Below, one piece after another: positions 8,836-17,699 of a DNA stretch of 64,000 bases (the stretch's first letter is position 1; every line of letters begins with the position of its first letter). Location of the stretch: the IMG/VR virus record IMGVR_UViG_3300031688_001339. One strand, written 5' to 3'. Source of the DNA: a virus. The notes under the pieces were generated by a model, which was not told where the DNA came from, did not search any database, and was given only the letters and a program-made list of their open reading frames with translations. The translations under genes and the position numbers were made by a program.

Positions 8836-9360
8836 ATGTCATACTTTGATAAGTTCCCTAAAGGTAATTATTCTACTGATAACATAACATACAAACAAGT
8901 TACTGATCTATTCAGAAAGATCAAGATCAAAGACAAGATTATAGAAGAAGCAAGTTTATACCAAGAGTATGATGTACCAAATGGCGAGAGACCTGAAGAT
9001 ACATCAATGAAACACTTCGGTGATCCTCAATATCATTGGGTTGTTTTAATGACTAATGGTTCACAAGATGGTCTATACGATTGGCCACTTGATTTCAGAG
9101 CATTTGAAACATATGTAAAAGAGAAATACGCAAATCCAGATGGCATACACCATTATGAGATTGCACAGACAAGTGGTGTTACAAAGTCTAATGATTACTC
9201 ACATTTAATTGAGGTCAATGAGACGCAAGCAGGTGCAATGTCTGTTTCAAATAGAGAATATGAACAAAGACACCAAGATGAGTTAAGAAAGATTAAATTA
9301 TTAAACCCAGGTTTCTTACCAATATTATTAGAAGAATTTGAGAAAATGATGAATGAATAA
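8836..9360 (+). CDS. gp53: baseplate wedge subunit gp53
   Basis: YFDKFP, LysM-like GERPEDTS..HFGDPQYHWVVL.N, DWPL, HHYE, NREYE...R.IKLL.P. Confidence 0.92.
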   Translation: MSYFDKFPKGNYSTDNITYKQVTDLFRKIKIKDKIIEEASLYQEYDVPNGERPEDTSMKHFGDPQYHWVVLMTNGSQDGLYDWPLDFRAFETYVKEKYANPDGIHHYEIAQTSGVTKSNDYSHLIEVNETQAGAMSVSNREYEQRHQDELRKIKLLNPGFLPILLEEFEKMMNE

Positions 9361-9362
9361 TT

Positions 9363-10853
9363 ATGTACGATCAAATTAATGCTGACACTTTAACAAAAGC
9401 AGGCCAATTCGCCTTATCAGATATACAATTAATTTCTTATGTATCATCTGCTGGTGGTAATGAGCCAAAGAAAGTAAGTGTTAGAAGTTCCACAATAGAA
9501 ATAAACATATACGAAGATATATTCTCAAAAGGTCTATCAGGTAACATAGTCGTAGTTGATGGTCAGAATATTGCCAATCACTTACCACTTACAGGATTTG
9601 AACGTATAGAGTTTAAGATCAATACACCAGGTATTGGAAAAGGTTTTGATTTCACGGCTGTCACAGGACACCCAATGTACATATATAAAATATCAGGCAG
9701 ACAAGAGTTGTCACCTAGAACACAAGCATATGTACTACACTTCGCAAGTAAAGAAGTAATTACAAACGAACAAAGAAAAGTAACCAGATCATTTACAGGC
9801 ACTATTGATCAGATAGTACTAGATGTATTTCGTAATGAACTAGAATCTAATAAGACAATCATAGTAGAAGAAACAAAGGGTGCTCGTAAGTATGTACCAA
9901 CAGGCAATAGACCATTTGAATTTATAGATGGTGTATCTAAAGAGGCAGAATCAGGTAGATTTGAAAACTCTGGCATGTTTTTCTATGAAGACAGTACTGG
10001 TTTTAGATTTAGAAGTTTAGAAAATATGTTGGCGATTACAGACGGCGCTGCTAGACCAGTGGTCGCAAGATTTGAAAAGAAACCTAGATCAGTTAAAGGT
10101 GGTACAGGTATGACCAACGTAGTACAAGAAATGCAAACTGTTGATAGTTTCGTAATACAAAACCAGTTTGACACAATAAAGAATTTAAGAAATGGCGTCT
10201 ATGCTAGCAGAACGATAGCACATGACCTATTTAACAAAACGTATACAAAAATAGATTACGATTACAATACAGAGTTTAGTAACATATATCACACTGAACA
10301 TGATGGTGATGGTGGTAAAACAGATAATAAATCTATTGCACCATTGATTAACTATAATGGCAAACAATTCAGTGATTTTCCTAATGGCACATTATATCTA
10401 CAGTCTACAACGACCAAGATACACAATGATTACGAAGACGCACCAAAGGGTACAAATATGGCCAAGAGATTAAGTCAGAGATTGGCATTTGCGGCTATGC
10501 AAGTTTCATTGGACGCAAGAGGTTTTACTGGATTATCATGTGGTGATGTAGTTGCACTAGAAATTCCGTCATACGAACCAGTAGGTGCTGACAATCCCCT
10601 AGATAATGACCCTTACATGTCTGGACGCTATCTGGTGAAGTCCATAAGACACAAAATAGACACGGCTAAAGATATGCACACTATGGCAATCAATTGTATT
10701 AAGGACGCAGTGAGAGTGCCTTATCCAGAGGAGAGTATAGATACATTTACAGGTAGAGAAAACGCCGACGCTACAAACATATTACAATACGAGTTAGACG
10801 ACACATTAATAACAGAGGCAACAGATGAATCAAATAATGGCATACTCTCGTAG
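9363..10853 (+). CDS. baseplate hub protein (gp27/gpD-like)
   Basis: IYEDIFS..LSG.I, LPLTGFE, FFYED..GF.FRS, SGRYLVKSIRH; located between gp53 and gp5. Confidence 0.75.
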   Translation: MYDQINADTLTKAGQFALSDIQLISYVSSAGGNEPKKVSVRSSTIEINIYEDIFSKGLSGNIVVVDGQNIANHLPLTGFERIEFKINTPGIGKGFDFTAVTGHPMYIYKISGRQELSPRTQAYVLHFASKEVITNEQRKVTRSFTGTIDQIVLDVFRNELESNKTIIVEETKGARKYVPTGNRPFEFIDGVSKEAESGRFENSGMFFYEDSTGFRFRSLENMLAITDGAARPVVARFEKKPRSVKGGTGMTNVVQEMQTVDSFVIQNQFDTIKNLRNGVYASRTIAHDLFNKTYTKIDYDYNTEFSNIYHTEHDGDGGKTDNKSIAPLINYNGKQFSDFPNGTLYLQSTTTKIHNDYEDAPKGTNMAKRLSQRLAFAAMQVSLDARGFTGLSCGDVVALEIPSYEPVGADNPLDNDPYMSGRYLVKSIRHKIDTAKDMHTMAINCIKDAVRVPYPEESIDTFTGRENADATNILQYELDDTLITEATDESNNGILS

Positions 10854-10983
10854 ACCATTCAGAGAATCTCCGAGATTTCCGAGTTGTCCGCTCGCTTTGA
10901 CGATAGATATTACTCTAACGGCCAATACAATGGCCAGACGAGAGGATAACCCCATAACATAACACATATGAACGTGAAAGGCA

Positions 10984-11241
10984 ATGAATAAACCAACAAT
11001 GAATAAACTGATAGATAAAATCAACAAACACATAGACACGGTCTCTCTGGAGGCCTTTGATAAGGCATACTCTTATCATCTACTATACTTCTACAAGGGC
11101 CGTCAAGAAGTAATAAACACAATGAAACACGAAGTTAAAGACAAGCTAGCGCATGTCTTTTCTCATATAGGACAAGGTATAAATAAGGTTAACAACAAAA
11201 TTAAGGTTAAATGCTGGCCTGCGTACACCAAAGAGAAATAG
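10984..11241 (+). CDS. hypothetical protein
   Basis: 85-aa ORF with a weak SD (GAAAGG); atypical composition. Confidence 0.4.
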   Translation: MNKPTMNKLIDKINKHIDTVSLEAFDKAYSYHLLYFYKGRQEVINTMKHEVKDKLAHVFSHIGQGINKVNNKIKVKCWPAYTKEK

Positions 11242-11304
11242 GTAAGAATAATGGCTAGCGTTGTAATTAAAAATAAACATATATCGGTAAATATTTAAAA
11301 GTAC

Positions 11305-12663
11305 ATGAGCAATTTTATAGGCAAAACAAATAATTTTATCTGGTTCTCAGGTGTAGTAGAGGATAGACACGACCCACTCTACGCTGGCCGTTTAAGAGTT
11401 AGATGTTTAGGTTATCATACTGATAGTAAGTCCGAATTACCCACAGTTGATCTACCTTGGGCAACCGTAATGTTATCAACGGCCTCACCTGGTATTTCAG
11501 GCATTGGCCATAGTCCTAGTTTTTTATTAGAAGGCAGTTGGGTATGGGGATACTTTCGTGACGAGGGTAACCAAGAGCCAATCATCGTGGGCAGTTTACC
11601 TGGTAAACCTAGTGAACTTGGCAATACGGCCATTGGCTTTAATGACCCTAACAGCCGACTTGATAAAGACGGCGTAGAGACAGGTGTTTCGGTTTATCCT
11701 GTAAATAAGAATGAGGTGGACACCAATAGGTTGGCGGTCAATGATCCTCTCGTAGAAGCGATATCGTTAACGGCTCGTAAAAGGGATCGTATAACGGGAG
11801 TACCAACGGCAAGGTTTGACGGTTTAAATAATATTACCCAGATGTCGGACATGGACGCCATAGCGGCACAAGAGATTGGCCTGATTGACCCAGACTATAG
11901 AGGGTTAAGAAGATACAATGGAATTTTATTAAACAATGACGCCGATGCTATAGAGGCATTGTTATATGGCTCAACGTTTGATGACGAAGAATGGTCAGCG
12001 AGGGCTCTATTGATTCGAAAGTATTCTATCACACAAGCGACAGACATACAAGCATTATTAGCCGAGATAAGAAATACAGTAAGAGGCATTATCGCAAACA
12101 CAACAACGGATGCCGAATTATGGAATCAACCCGAGATTGCATACAAGGCTCTCTATCCTTATAACCATGTATTTGAATCAGAAAGCGGCCACATAAAAGA
12201 ATACGATGACACGCCACAACATGAAAGAATATTTGAAAGACATAACAGTGGTAGTTCTTACGAGTATACCCCTAATGGAGACCGAATTGATATCATCACC
12301 AATAACCATTATACACTGACAAGCAAAGATAACCTATGTAACATACAAGGCAATTCAGATATCACAGTCAATGGCCGTCACAAAGTTTATATTAACAAAG
12401 ACGGACAAAACGACAATCACTATGATATACAAGTAGGGCCAAACGCCAACGTTAATATACAAGTAGACAAAGGCAATCTCAATGTAGTAACAAAGACAGG
12501 CCAGTTTAACTTTGATGTAGGTGCAGACTTTAATGTAAACGTAGGTGGTAATTATAACCTTACAGTACAAGGTTCAGAAACAAAAACAATTGAAGGCAGT
12601 ACAACACACAACACAACAGGCGCTACGATTATACGTGGTAGCACTATTGATTTGAATCCATAG
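11305..12663 (+). CDS. gp5: baseplate central spike gp5 (OB fold + beta-helix, no lysozyme domain)
   Basis: WFSGVVEDRHDPL..GR.RVRC.GYH, LPWA, GSWVWGYFRD, YPYNHVFESESGH..EYDDTP..ERI...H; ends IDLNP. Confidence 0.93.
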   Translation: MSNFIGKTNNFIWFSGVVEDRHDPLYAGRLRVRCLGYHTDSKSELPTVDLPWATVMLSTASPGISGIGHSPSFLLEGSWVWGYFRDEGNQEPIIVGSLPGKPSELGNTAIGFNDPNSRLDKDGVETGVSVYPVNKNEVDTNRLAVNDPLVEAISLTARKRDRITGVPTARFDGLNNITQMSDMDAIAAQEIGLIDPDYRGLRRYNGILLNNDADAIEALLYGSTFDDEEWSARALLIRKYSITQATDIQALLAEIRNTVRGIIANTTTDAELWNQPEIAYKALYPYNHVFESESGHIKEYDDTPQHERIFERHNSGSSYEYTPNGDRIDIITNNHYTLTSKDNLCNIQGNSDITVNGRHKVYINKDGQNDNHYDIQVGPNANVNIQVDKGNLNVVTKTGQFNFDVGADFNVNVGGNYNLTVQGSETKTIEGSTTHNTTGATIIRGSTIDLNP

Positions 12664-12670
12664 AAAACGA

Positions 12671-12828
12671 ACCAGGCCTCCTGGAGAAAAAGCGCTTATT
12701 GAAATAGTGTAGTGGTTTTTAATCTATAAATGCAATAACAACTTTAAGCTTAATGTAAAGTACTTATTTTTCTTTGGAGGATTTTCCTGGTGGCTGGAAG
12801 TTGGCCATACCTTTAATACGTTTAAGGG
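12671..12828 (+). other. structured non-coding element after gene 5 (long irregular hairpin plus small hairpins)
   Basis: ACCAGG 12671-76 pairs with CCTGGT 12786-91; CCTCC(T)GGAGAAAAA pairs with TTTTTCTTTGGAGG. Confidence 0.45.
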
Positions 12829-12857
12829 TTGACTTTATATACAAACTACTATATACT
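12829..12857 (+). promoter_or_regulatory. sigma70-type (early) promoter
   Basis: TTGACT-17 nt-TATACT, near consensus. Confidence 0.75.
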
Positions 12858-12863
12858 TACCTA

Positions 12864-12953
12864 ATGGATTTACTTCTAGCAATACTATACTCAGCAATGC
12901 CTCTACTTGTGATTGTATTGATGTTTATTAAATGGAATAAAGAAAAACCTTAA
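12864..12953 (+). CDS. 29-aa single-pass membrane micropeptide (not in ORF track)
   Basis: MDLLLAILYSAMPLLVIVLMFIKWNKEKP; ATG 6 nt after the -10 box. Confidence 0.6.
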   Translation: MDLLLAILYSAMPLLVIVLMFIKWNKEKP

Positions 12954-13510
12954 ATAAAAGGTCTACCATAAAAGAACACAGGTAGACTATGCCTTTCACC
13001 GGTCTCTATGGGTGTTACTCTATGACCTAACCAAGCAGGGAATACAACAACTGTTCCTCTTTGCATATCTATTGTAAAGTTCTCTATATCATGTTTCTTT
13101 ATTTGAAACTTACCACCTGTAAATTCAGAGGGTTCATTAAGTAATATAGTCATTGATATTTTTCTTGTAAGGTTATGTAATGGATCAGCAAGGTCTTGTA
13201 TTACACTATTATGGCCTACTATGCCGTCTCTATGCCACATATACTGATTACCTGGTTTATAATTATGCAGTTGTATTTGTTCGCCATCTATACTGTAGTG
13301 CCAACCTTTCTCGTTAGCCTTATTCATATAGTGATATAATCTTTCTAGTAACCACGGATCATTCTTTTCGCAGTTTATAATACGTTTTATTTCCTCGTCA
13401 TTAAAAGCGTTATGTTCCGAATAGTATAATGGATCACTTTCTTTCTGGTACTTAAAATGATTGTTACTATCAGGACAGCTTTTAGGTTTATCGTTGGTCA
13501 TCCATTTCAT
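12950..13510 (-). CDS. 2OG-Fe(II) oxygenase (PKHD/prolyl-hydroxylase-like)
   Basis: Y.WHRD, RKISMTILLNEPSEFTGG, VVFP.WLGHRVTPI..GERHSL; the start at 13510 fits the upstream late promoter. Confidence 0.9.
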   Translation of the reverse strand: MKWMTNDKPKSCPDSNNHFKYQKESDPLYYSEHNAFNDEEIKRIINCEKNDPWLLERLYHYMNKANEKGWHYSIDGEQIQLHNYKPGNQYMWHRDGIVGHNSVIQDLADPLHNLTRKISMTILLNEPSEFTGGKFQIKKHDIENFTIDMQRGTVVVFPAWLGHRVTPIETGERHSLPVFFYGRPFI

Positions 13511-13516
13511 AAACAC

Positions 13517-13524
13517 TATTTATA
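13517..13524 (-). promoter_or_regulatory. T4-type late promoter
   Basis: TATAAATA on the minus strand, 6 nt before the ATG at 13510. Confidence 0.7.
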
Positions 13525-13649
13525 ATGTTATCCTGTCACACCTTGCTGTGCTGTATTCTCTTATACATAACGGTGTTGGTCCGTCAGGAAAAGCTTAGAG
13601 TCCTAATGGAGATAATTTCTCACTTATACACATAAAAGTCCTAAATAGT

Positions 13650-13785
13650 TTAACGAGAGTGAATGTCTTCTCTCGGTAATCAAGAGACATATACACATAC
13701 ATTATTAGATTGGCTTGCTAATCATTGATTTTTTTATACAGTAGAGTTCGCAAGAACGGCTATGGCATAGCAACTCTGTTGCTAC
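13650..13785 (+). ncRNA. candidate structured RNA (pseudoknot + hairpin + GNRA three-way junction)
   Basis: CGAGAG/CTCTCG with ATGTCT/AGACAT; GATTGGC/GCTAATC; CAGTAGAG/CTCTGTTG enclosing GTTC-GCAA-GAAC and GCTAT/ATAGC; follows CTAAATA. Confidence 0.45.
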
Positions 13786-13809
13786 ATAATAAACAAATAA
13801 AAGGGTAAG

Positions 13810-14139
13810 ATGGCTAATTATAAAAAGTACGCTTTAATGGCGTTAAAGAAGAAGGCACCGAAAGTACCGGCATATACTTGTACGGATATAGATAACGTAA
13901 TCACTACACTAGAAAACATACACTCAGGTACGAAGAAACTAACGAAGATACGGCTTGACGTTTTGGAACGTAAGTTGGAAAGACTTCGGTCTTCTAATGA
14001 GGGTTTGAGAGATAGTGGTATATACTGGTATGGTATAACGAAGAAGATAATTAAGAATTTGAAAGATAATGGTAAGAAAGCGAATTTAAGTAAACGAAAT
14101 AAAAAAAATCGGAAAAATCGGAATTACGACTCTGATTAA
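13810..14139 (+). CDS. hypothetical basic protein
   Basis: 109 aa, KKAPKVPAYTCTDIDNVI...LERLRSSNE.LR..G.YWY. Confidence 0.7.
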   Translation: MANYKKYALMALKKKAPKVPAYTCTDIDNVITTLENIHSGTKKLTKIRLDVLERKLERLRSSNEGLRDSGIYWYGITKKIIKNLKDNGKKANLSKRNKKNRKNRNYDSD

Positions 14140-14157
14140 TACTAGGAGAGAAGAAAA

Positions 14158-14400
14158 ATGGGAGAATACTTTTTAGTTATAGTATTTTGTATAATGGGTG
14201 AGTGTACATCAATAGATCCACAAACACCATATCCTGATTATAACACCTGTCAAGAGGTGAGTGAAGAAACGGCTGTGTTGTTTCAACGACAATACCCAAA
14301 CAGTAAAGGTCAGATATATTGTCTTTCGGAAGATGAGTATAAGGAGTATATAAATACTACTGAACCTAAAGAAGCACCGAAAGTTGGTAGTCCAGTATGA
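14158..14400 (+). CDS. small Cys-containing hypothetical protein
   Basis: SD AGGAG; hydrophobic N-terminus and four Cys. Confidence 0.65.
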   Translation: MGEYFLVIVFCIMGECTSIDPQTPYPDYNTCQEVSEETAVLFQRQYPNSKGQIYCLSEDEYKEYINTTEPKEAPKVGSPV

Positions 14401-14624
14401 CAGTTGAAAAGAAACTAACGTTTAGAGAAAAATGGAAGAACGCCTGTAATACAGACAACGCCATTGACTTCTCTGTAGACATTGGACTTATTGCATTTGA
14501 TGTATTAGCAAGTCCTATTTTAATAGTAGTTAGAGTCTTTCGTTGGGCAATGAACAAATGGGTAAACGGTTATATTAAGAGATTTTTAAAATGGTTTGTA
14601 CATAAAGTATTAAGGATAAAATGA
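14397..14624 (+). CDS. hypothetical protein
   Basis: ATGA coupling on both sides. Confidence 0.65.
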   Translation: MTVEKKLTFREKWKNACNTDNAIDFSVDIGLIAFDVLASPILIVVRVFRWAMNKWVNGYIKRFLKWFVHKVLRIK

Positions 14625-14929
14625 TAACAATATTAGAGAATGCAGTAAAGCATTTATCAGAATTAAAAGCCAAACACAACGTCAAATACATAAGACTTGA
14701 AGTAAAAGGTGGAGGTTGTGCTGGGTACGAATACAAGTGGAGTTTTGAGAATGAAATTAACGAGATAGATGATTTAGTAATAGGTGATCTAGTTGTTGAT
14801 AGTATGTTTGAAATGTATATTGCTGGTATGGAGTTAGACTATAAAGAAGAAATCTTTGGTAGTCAATTCGTATTCAGTAATCCAAATAGTAAATCATCAT
14901 GTGGTTGTGGAACCTCTTTTAGTGTGTAA
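14621..14929 (+). CDS. iscA: Fe-S cluster A-type carrier (IscA/ErpA/HesB family)
   Basis: VKGGGCAGYEY, LDYKEEIFGSQFVFSNPN..SSCGCGTSF. Confidence 0.95.
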   Translation: MITILENAVKHLSELKAKHNVKYIRLEVKGGGCAGYEYKWSFENEINEIDDLVIGDLVVDSMFEMYIAGMELDYKEEIFGSQFVFSNPNSKSSCGCGTSFSV

Positions 14930-14946
14930 CTAAATAGTCTTATATT

Positions 14947-15630
14947 ATGACTGAAACGAATAGAAGTAAAATTGAAGGAACTGAATCAGCACACAACATC
15001 ACTATAAAAGAAAACAGTTTTTTTGATAGAAGACATAAACGATTAAACATTGATCTATCTCATAGATGTCCTTTAGAATGTTTAAGATGTGGTAGACAAA
15101 GAAGTTTTACCAATAAAGGTCTTAAAGTACCTGGTCGTGATCTATCAATATCCGAATTTAATAAAATACTAGATTGGTTTCCTAGAATATCTTTCTGTGG
15201 TCAATATTCTGACCCTATACACCACCCTAAAATAAACGAATTACTTACTATCACAAAAGATAGAGGTGTTAAAGTAGAGGTACATTTAGCCTCATCTTTA
15301 AAACCAAAGAAAGCTTACATAGAAGCATTTAAAGCCAACCCTAAAGCAAACTGGATATTTGGTATAGATGGCATGCCTGAAGAAAGTAAACAATACAGAG
15401 TTAATCAAAATGGTCAGAAACTATTTGATCTTATGTTAGAGAGTAAAAAGTATTTAACAACAAGACCTCTATGGCAGTTTATTATATTCAGTTATAATGA
15501 AAAGAGTATTGACAAAGCAATGAAGATGGCCAAAGATAACGATGTTGATTTCATATTAGTTAACAGTGCAAGATGGACAGATGATGACGATTGGTTAATG
15601 CCAAAAACTAAAAGGACTATGAATGACTAA
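14947..15630 (+). CDS. radical SAM core-domain protein (split type)
   Basis: CPLECLRC motif, FCGQYSDP..HP, FGIDG, YR.N, WQFIIFSYNE. Confidence 0.88.
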   Translation: MTETNRSKIEGTESAHNITIKENSFFDRRHKRLNIDLSHRCPLECLRCGRQRSFTNKGLKVPGRDLSISEFNKILDWFPRISFCGQYSDPIHHPKINELLTITKDRGVKVEVHLASSLKPKKAYIEAFKANPKANWIFGIDGMPEESKQYRVNQNGQKLFDLMLESKKYLTTRPLWQFIIFSYNEKSIDKAMKMAKDNDVDFILVNSARWTDDDDWLMPKTKRTMND

Positions 15631-16009
15631 AGTTACTGACAATCATTTAGGTGCAGTACCATTATGGGCAGAGGGAGATATTGAATTAGACCCTTTATGT
15701 TTTAAAGACGCAATTGCCTTAGCAGTCACCAACCAAGGTGTATTAATACCTTGTTGTAGAATGGACGATCCTAAAACAATGAACGACCCTAGAATGAAAA
15801 AGATGTTAGAGGTTAGTACTATCAATAATAACAATACAGTAGAAGATATACTAAAGTCAGGTGAATGGAAAGAATTTGCAAACAACTTATCAAAGAACAT
15901 AGGACCTAATGCGTGTAGAACAACATGTGCCAAAGCAAAAAAATATTCACAGACAGTAGAATGGATTAACACCAAAACAGGTAAAACAACTAGTACTGAA
16001 AAGAAATAA
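15623..16009 (+). CDS. stand-alone SPASM/twitch-like Fe-S protein
   Basis: P.C...LAV.NQG.LIPCC...C...C pattern. Confidence 0.7.
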   Translation: MTKVTDNHLGAVPLWAEGDIELDPLCFKDAIALAVTNQGVLIPCCRMDDPKTMNDPRMKKMLEVSTINNNNTVEDILKSGEWKEFANNLSKNIGPNACRTTCAKAKKYSQTVEWINTKTGKTTSTEKK

Positions 16010-16845
16010 TGAAAAAGAAATTGATAGTAGCAGGTTGTAGTTTTACAGATATGAACTACGTTAGTTCAATTAATACTACAGGTGGAAAACAATGTGATGA
16101 GTTTCCTACATGGGGAGAAATACTAGCAAAACAATTAGATATGGATTTAGTTTGTCTAGCAAAAAACGGTGCTGGTCAAGAGCAGATATATTCTAGTGTA
16201 CAAGATTATCTATTAGAAAATGATCCAAAAGAAATAGGTTTATGTATTGCAGGTTGGTCAAAATGTCAAAGAGTAAATTGGCAAAAGAAAAACCTGGAAT
16301 GGTGTGACGCTAAACCTAATATGTATGGTCATGTATATGGGTGGATAAAGTCTTCATTAAGATATCAATATGCATTTCAAAATTTATGTGAACAACATAA
16401 TATACCATATAAACATTTTCAAATGATTTCTTTATTTGTAGATCATATCTATGAATATGAATTTAAAGAAGCAGGTGGTAATTATGAAAAGATAAGACAA
16501 GGTTGTGTTGATGTAATTAAAAACTCACCACAATATAAACATATGAAAAACTTTATTGGTTGGCCTATATTTAATGAAGAAGATGGTTTTGTTGTTGCAG
16601 ATTTAAAAATCCACAAAAATTGGGGAGTAGAAGATAGATTGGCTAATAATATACCTACATCTACTTTTAATCCTGCTAATAGAGATTACGATGAGAAGAT
16701 TTACTTTACGGATATATATGGTAAGCCGGTTGGTCTAGCACCAAAAGGAACAATTGATTATGACCATGTTATTGAAAAGAGTAATCCACACCCAAACAAA
16801 AAAGGTCACGAATGGCTTGCTAAATATATAGAGGATAAATTATGA
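16009..16845 (+). CDS. SGNH/GDSL-like hydrolase-fold protein
   Basis: LIVAGCSFT block I, W...LA..L, LAKNGAG, C-terminal HPNKKGH. Confidence 0.65.
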   Translation: MKKKLIVAGCSFTDMNYVSSINTTGGKQCDEFPTWGEILAKQLDMDLVCLAKNGAGQEQIYSSVQDYLLENDPKEIGLCIAGWSKCQRVNWQKKNLEWCDAKPNMYGHVYGWIKSSLRYQYAFQNLCEQHNIPYKHFQMISLFVDHIYEYEFKEAGGNYEKIRQGCVDVIKNSPQYKHMKNFIGWPIFNEEDGFVVADLKIHKNWGVEDRLANNIPTSTFNPANRDYDEKIYFTDIYGKPVGLAPKGTIDYDHVIEKSNPHPNKKGHEWLAKYIEDKL

Positions 16846-17258
16846 ACGATAAAAAAGTAGGATTTACATGTAGTACTTTTGATTTGTTACATGCTGGTCA
16901 TGTACAAATGTTAAAGGATGCCAAAGACCAATGCGATTACTTAATCGTAGGTTTACAAACAGACCCAACTATAGATAGACCTGATACCAAAAATAAACCA
17001 ATACAAACATTGGTAGAAAGAGGTATACAGTTATCAGCAGTTAAGTATGTAGACGAAGTTATTACGTATCAAACTGAACAAGACTTGGAAGATATATTAA
17101 CAATGTTTAATATATCAGTAAGAATTATGGGAGAAGAATATCAAGGTACAGAGTTCACAGGTAAGGAGATATGTGTTAAGAAACATATAAAGATAGTTTA
17201 CAACAAAAGAGACCACCGTTTTTCATCAACAGATTTAAGAAAAAGAATTAAAAATTAG
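16842..17258 (+). CDS. cytidylyltransferase (TagD / glycerol-3-phosphate cytidylyltransferase-like)
   Basis: FDLLHAGH, LIVGLQTDP, ER, YVDEV, FSSTDLR. Confidence 0.92.
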   Translation: MNDKKVGFTCSTFDLLHAGHVQMLKDAKDQCDYLIVGLQTDPTIDRPDTKNKPIQTLVERGIQLSAVKYVDEVITYQTEQDLEDILTMFNISVRIMGEEYQGTEFTGKEICVKKHIKIVYNKRDHRFSSTDLRKRIKN

Positions 17259-17267
17259 GAGAAAATA

Positions 17268-17696
17268 ATGTCAAAAGCAAAACTAGGAGATGTAACTGAT
17301 TTCAGTTATAGAGTTAAGAGAGTAACAAAAATAGTAGATGGTGATACAATAGATGTATTATTAGATATGGGATTTGATATTTTATATCAACAAAGAGTTA
17401 GACTATTCGGTATAGATACACCAGAGTCTAGAACAAGAGATTTAGTAGAAAAGAAATTTGGTCTTAAAGCTAAAAAGTTTCTAACAGATCAAATTAAAAA
17501 AGCAACAAAGATTACAATTAGAACATACAAAGGTGACGAAACAGGTAAGTTTGGTAGAATATTAGGCGATGTATATTGTGATGGTAAATCCGTTAATTCA
17601 TTAATGTGTAAAGTAGGTCACGCAGTACAATACTATGGACAAAACAAAGAACTTGTTGAATCAGCACATTTAAAAAACAGAAAAAGGGTAAAATAA
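17268..17696 (+). CDS. staphylococcal nuclease-like (thermonuclease) protein
   Basis: VDGDTID, RVRLFGIDTPE, GKFGRILG. Confidence 0.9.
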   Translation: MSKAKLGDVTDFSYRVKRVTKIVDGDTIDVLLDMGFDILYQQRVRLFGIDTPESRTRDLVEKKFGLKAKKFLTDQIKKATKITIRTYKGDETGKFGRILGDVYCDGKSVNSLMCKVGHAVQYYGQNKELVESAHLKNRKRVK

Positions 17697-17699
17697 TTT

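Noticed and set aside
13738-13785. tRNA or SAM-II/SAM-V riboswitch
   Set aside because: No cloverleaf, T-loop or CCA end, and the conserved SAM-II/V nucleotides could not be matched. Retained only as an unassigned structured RNA candidate.
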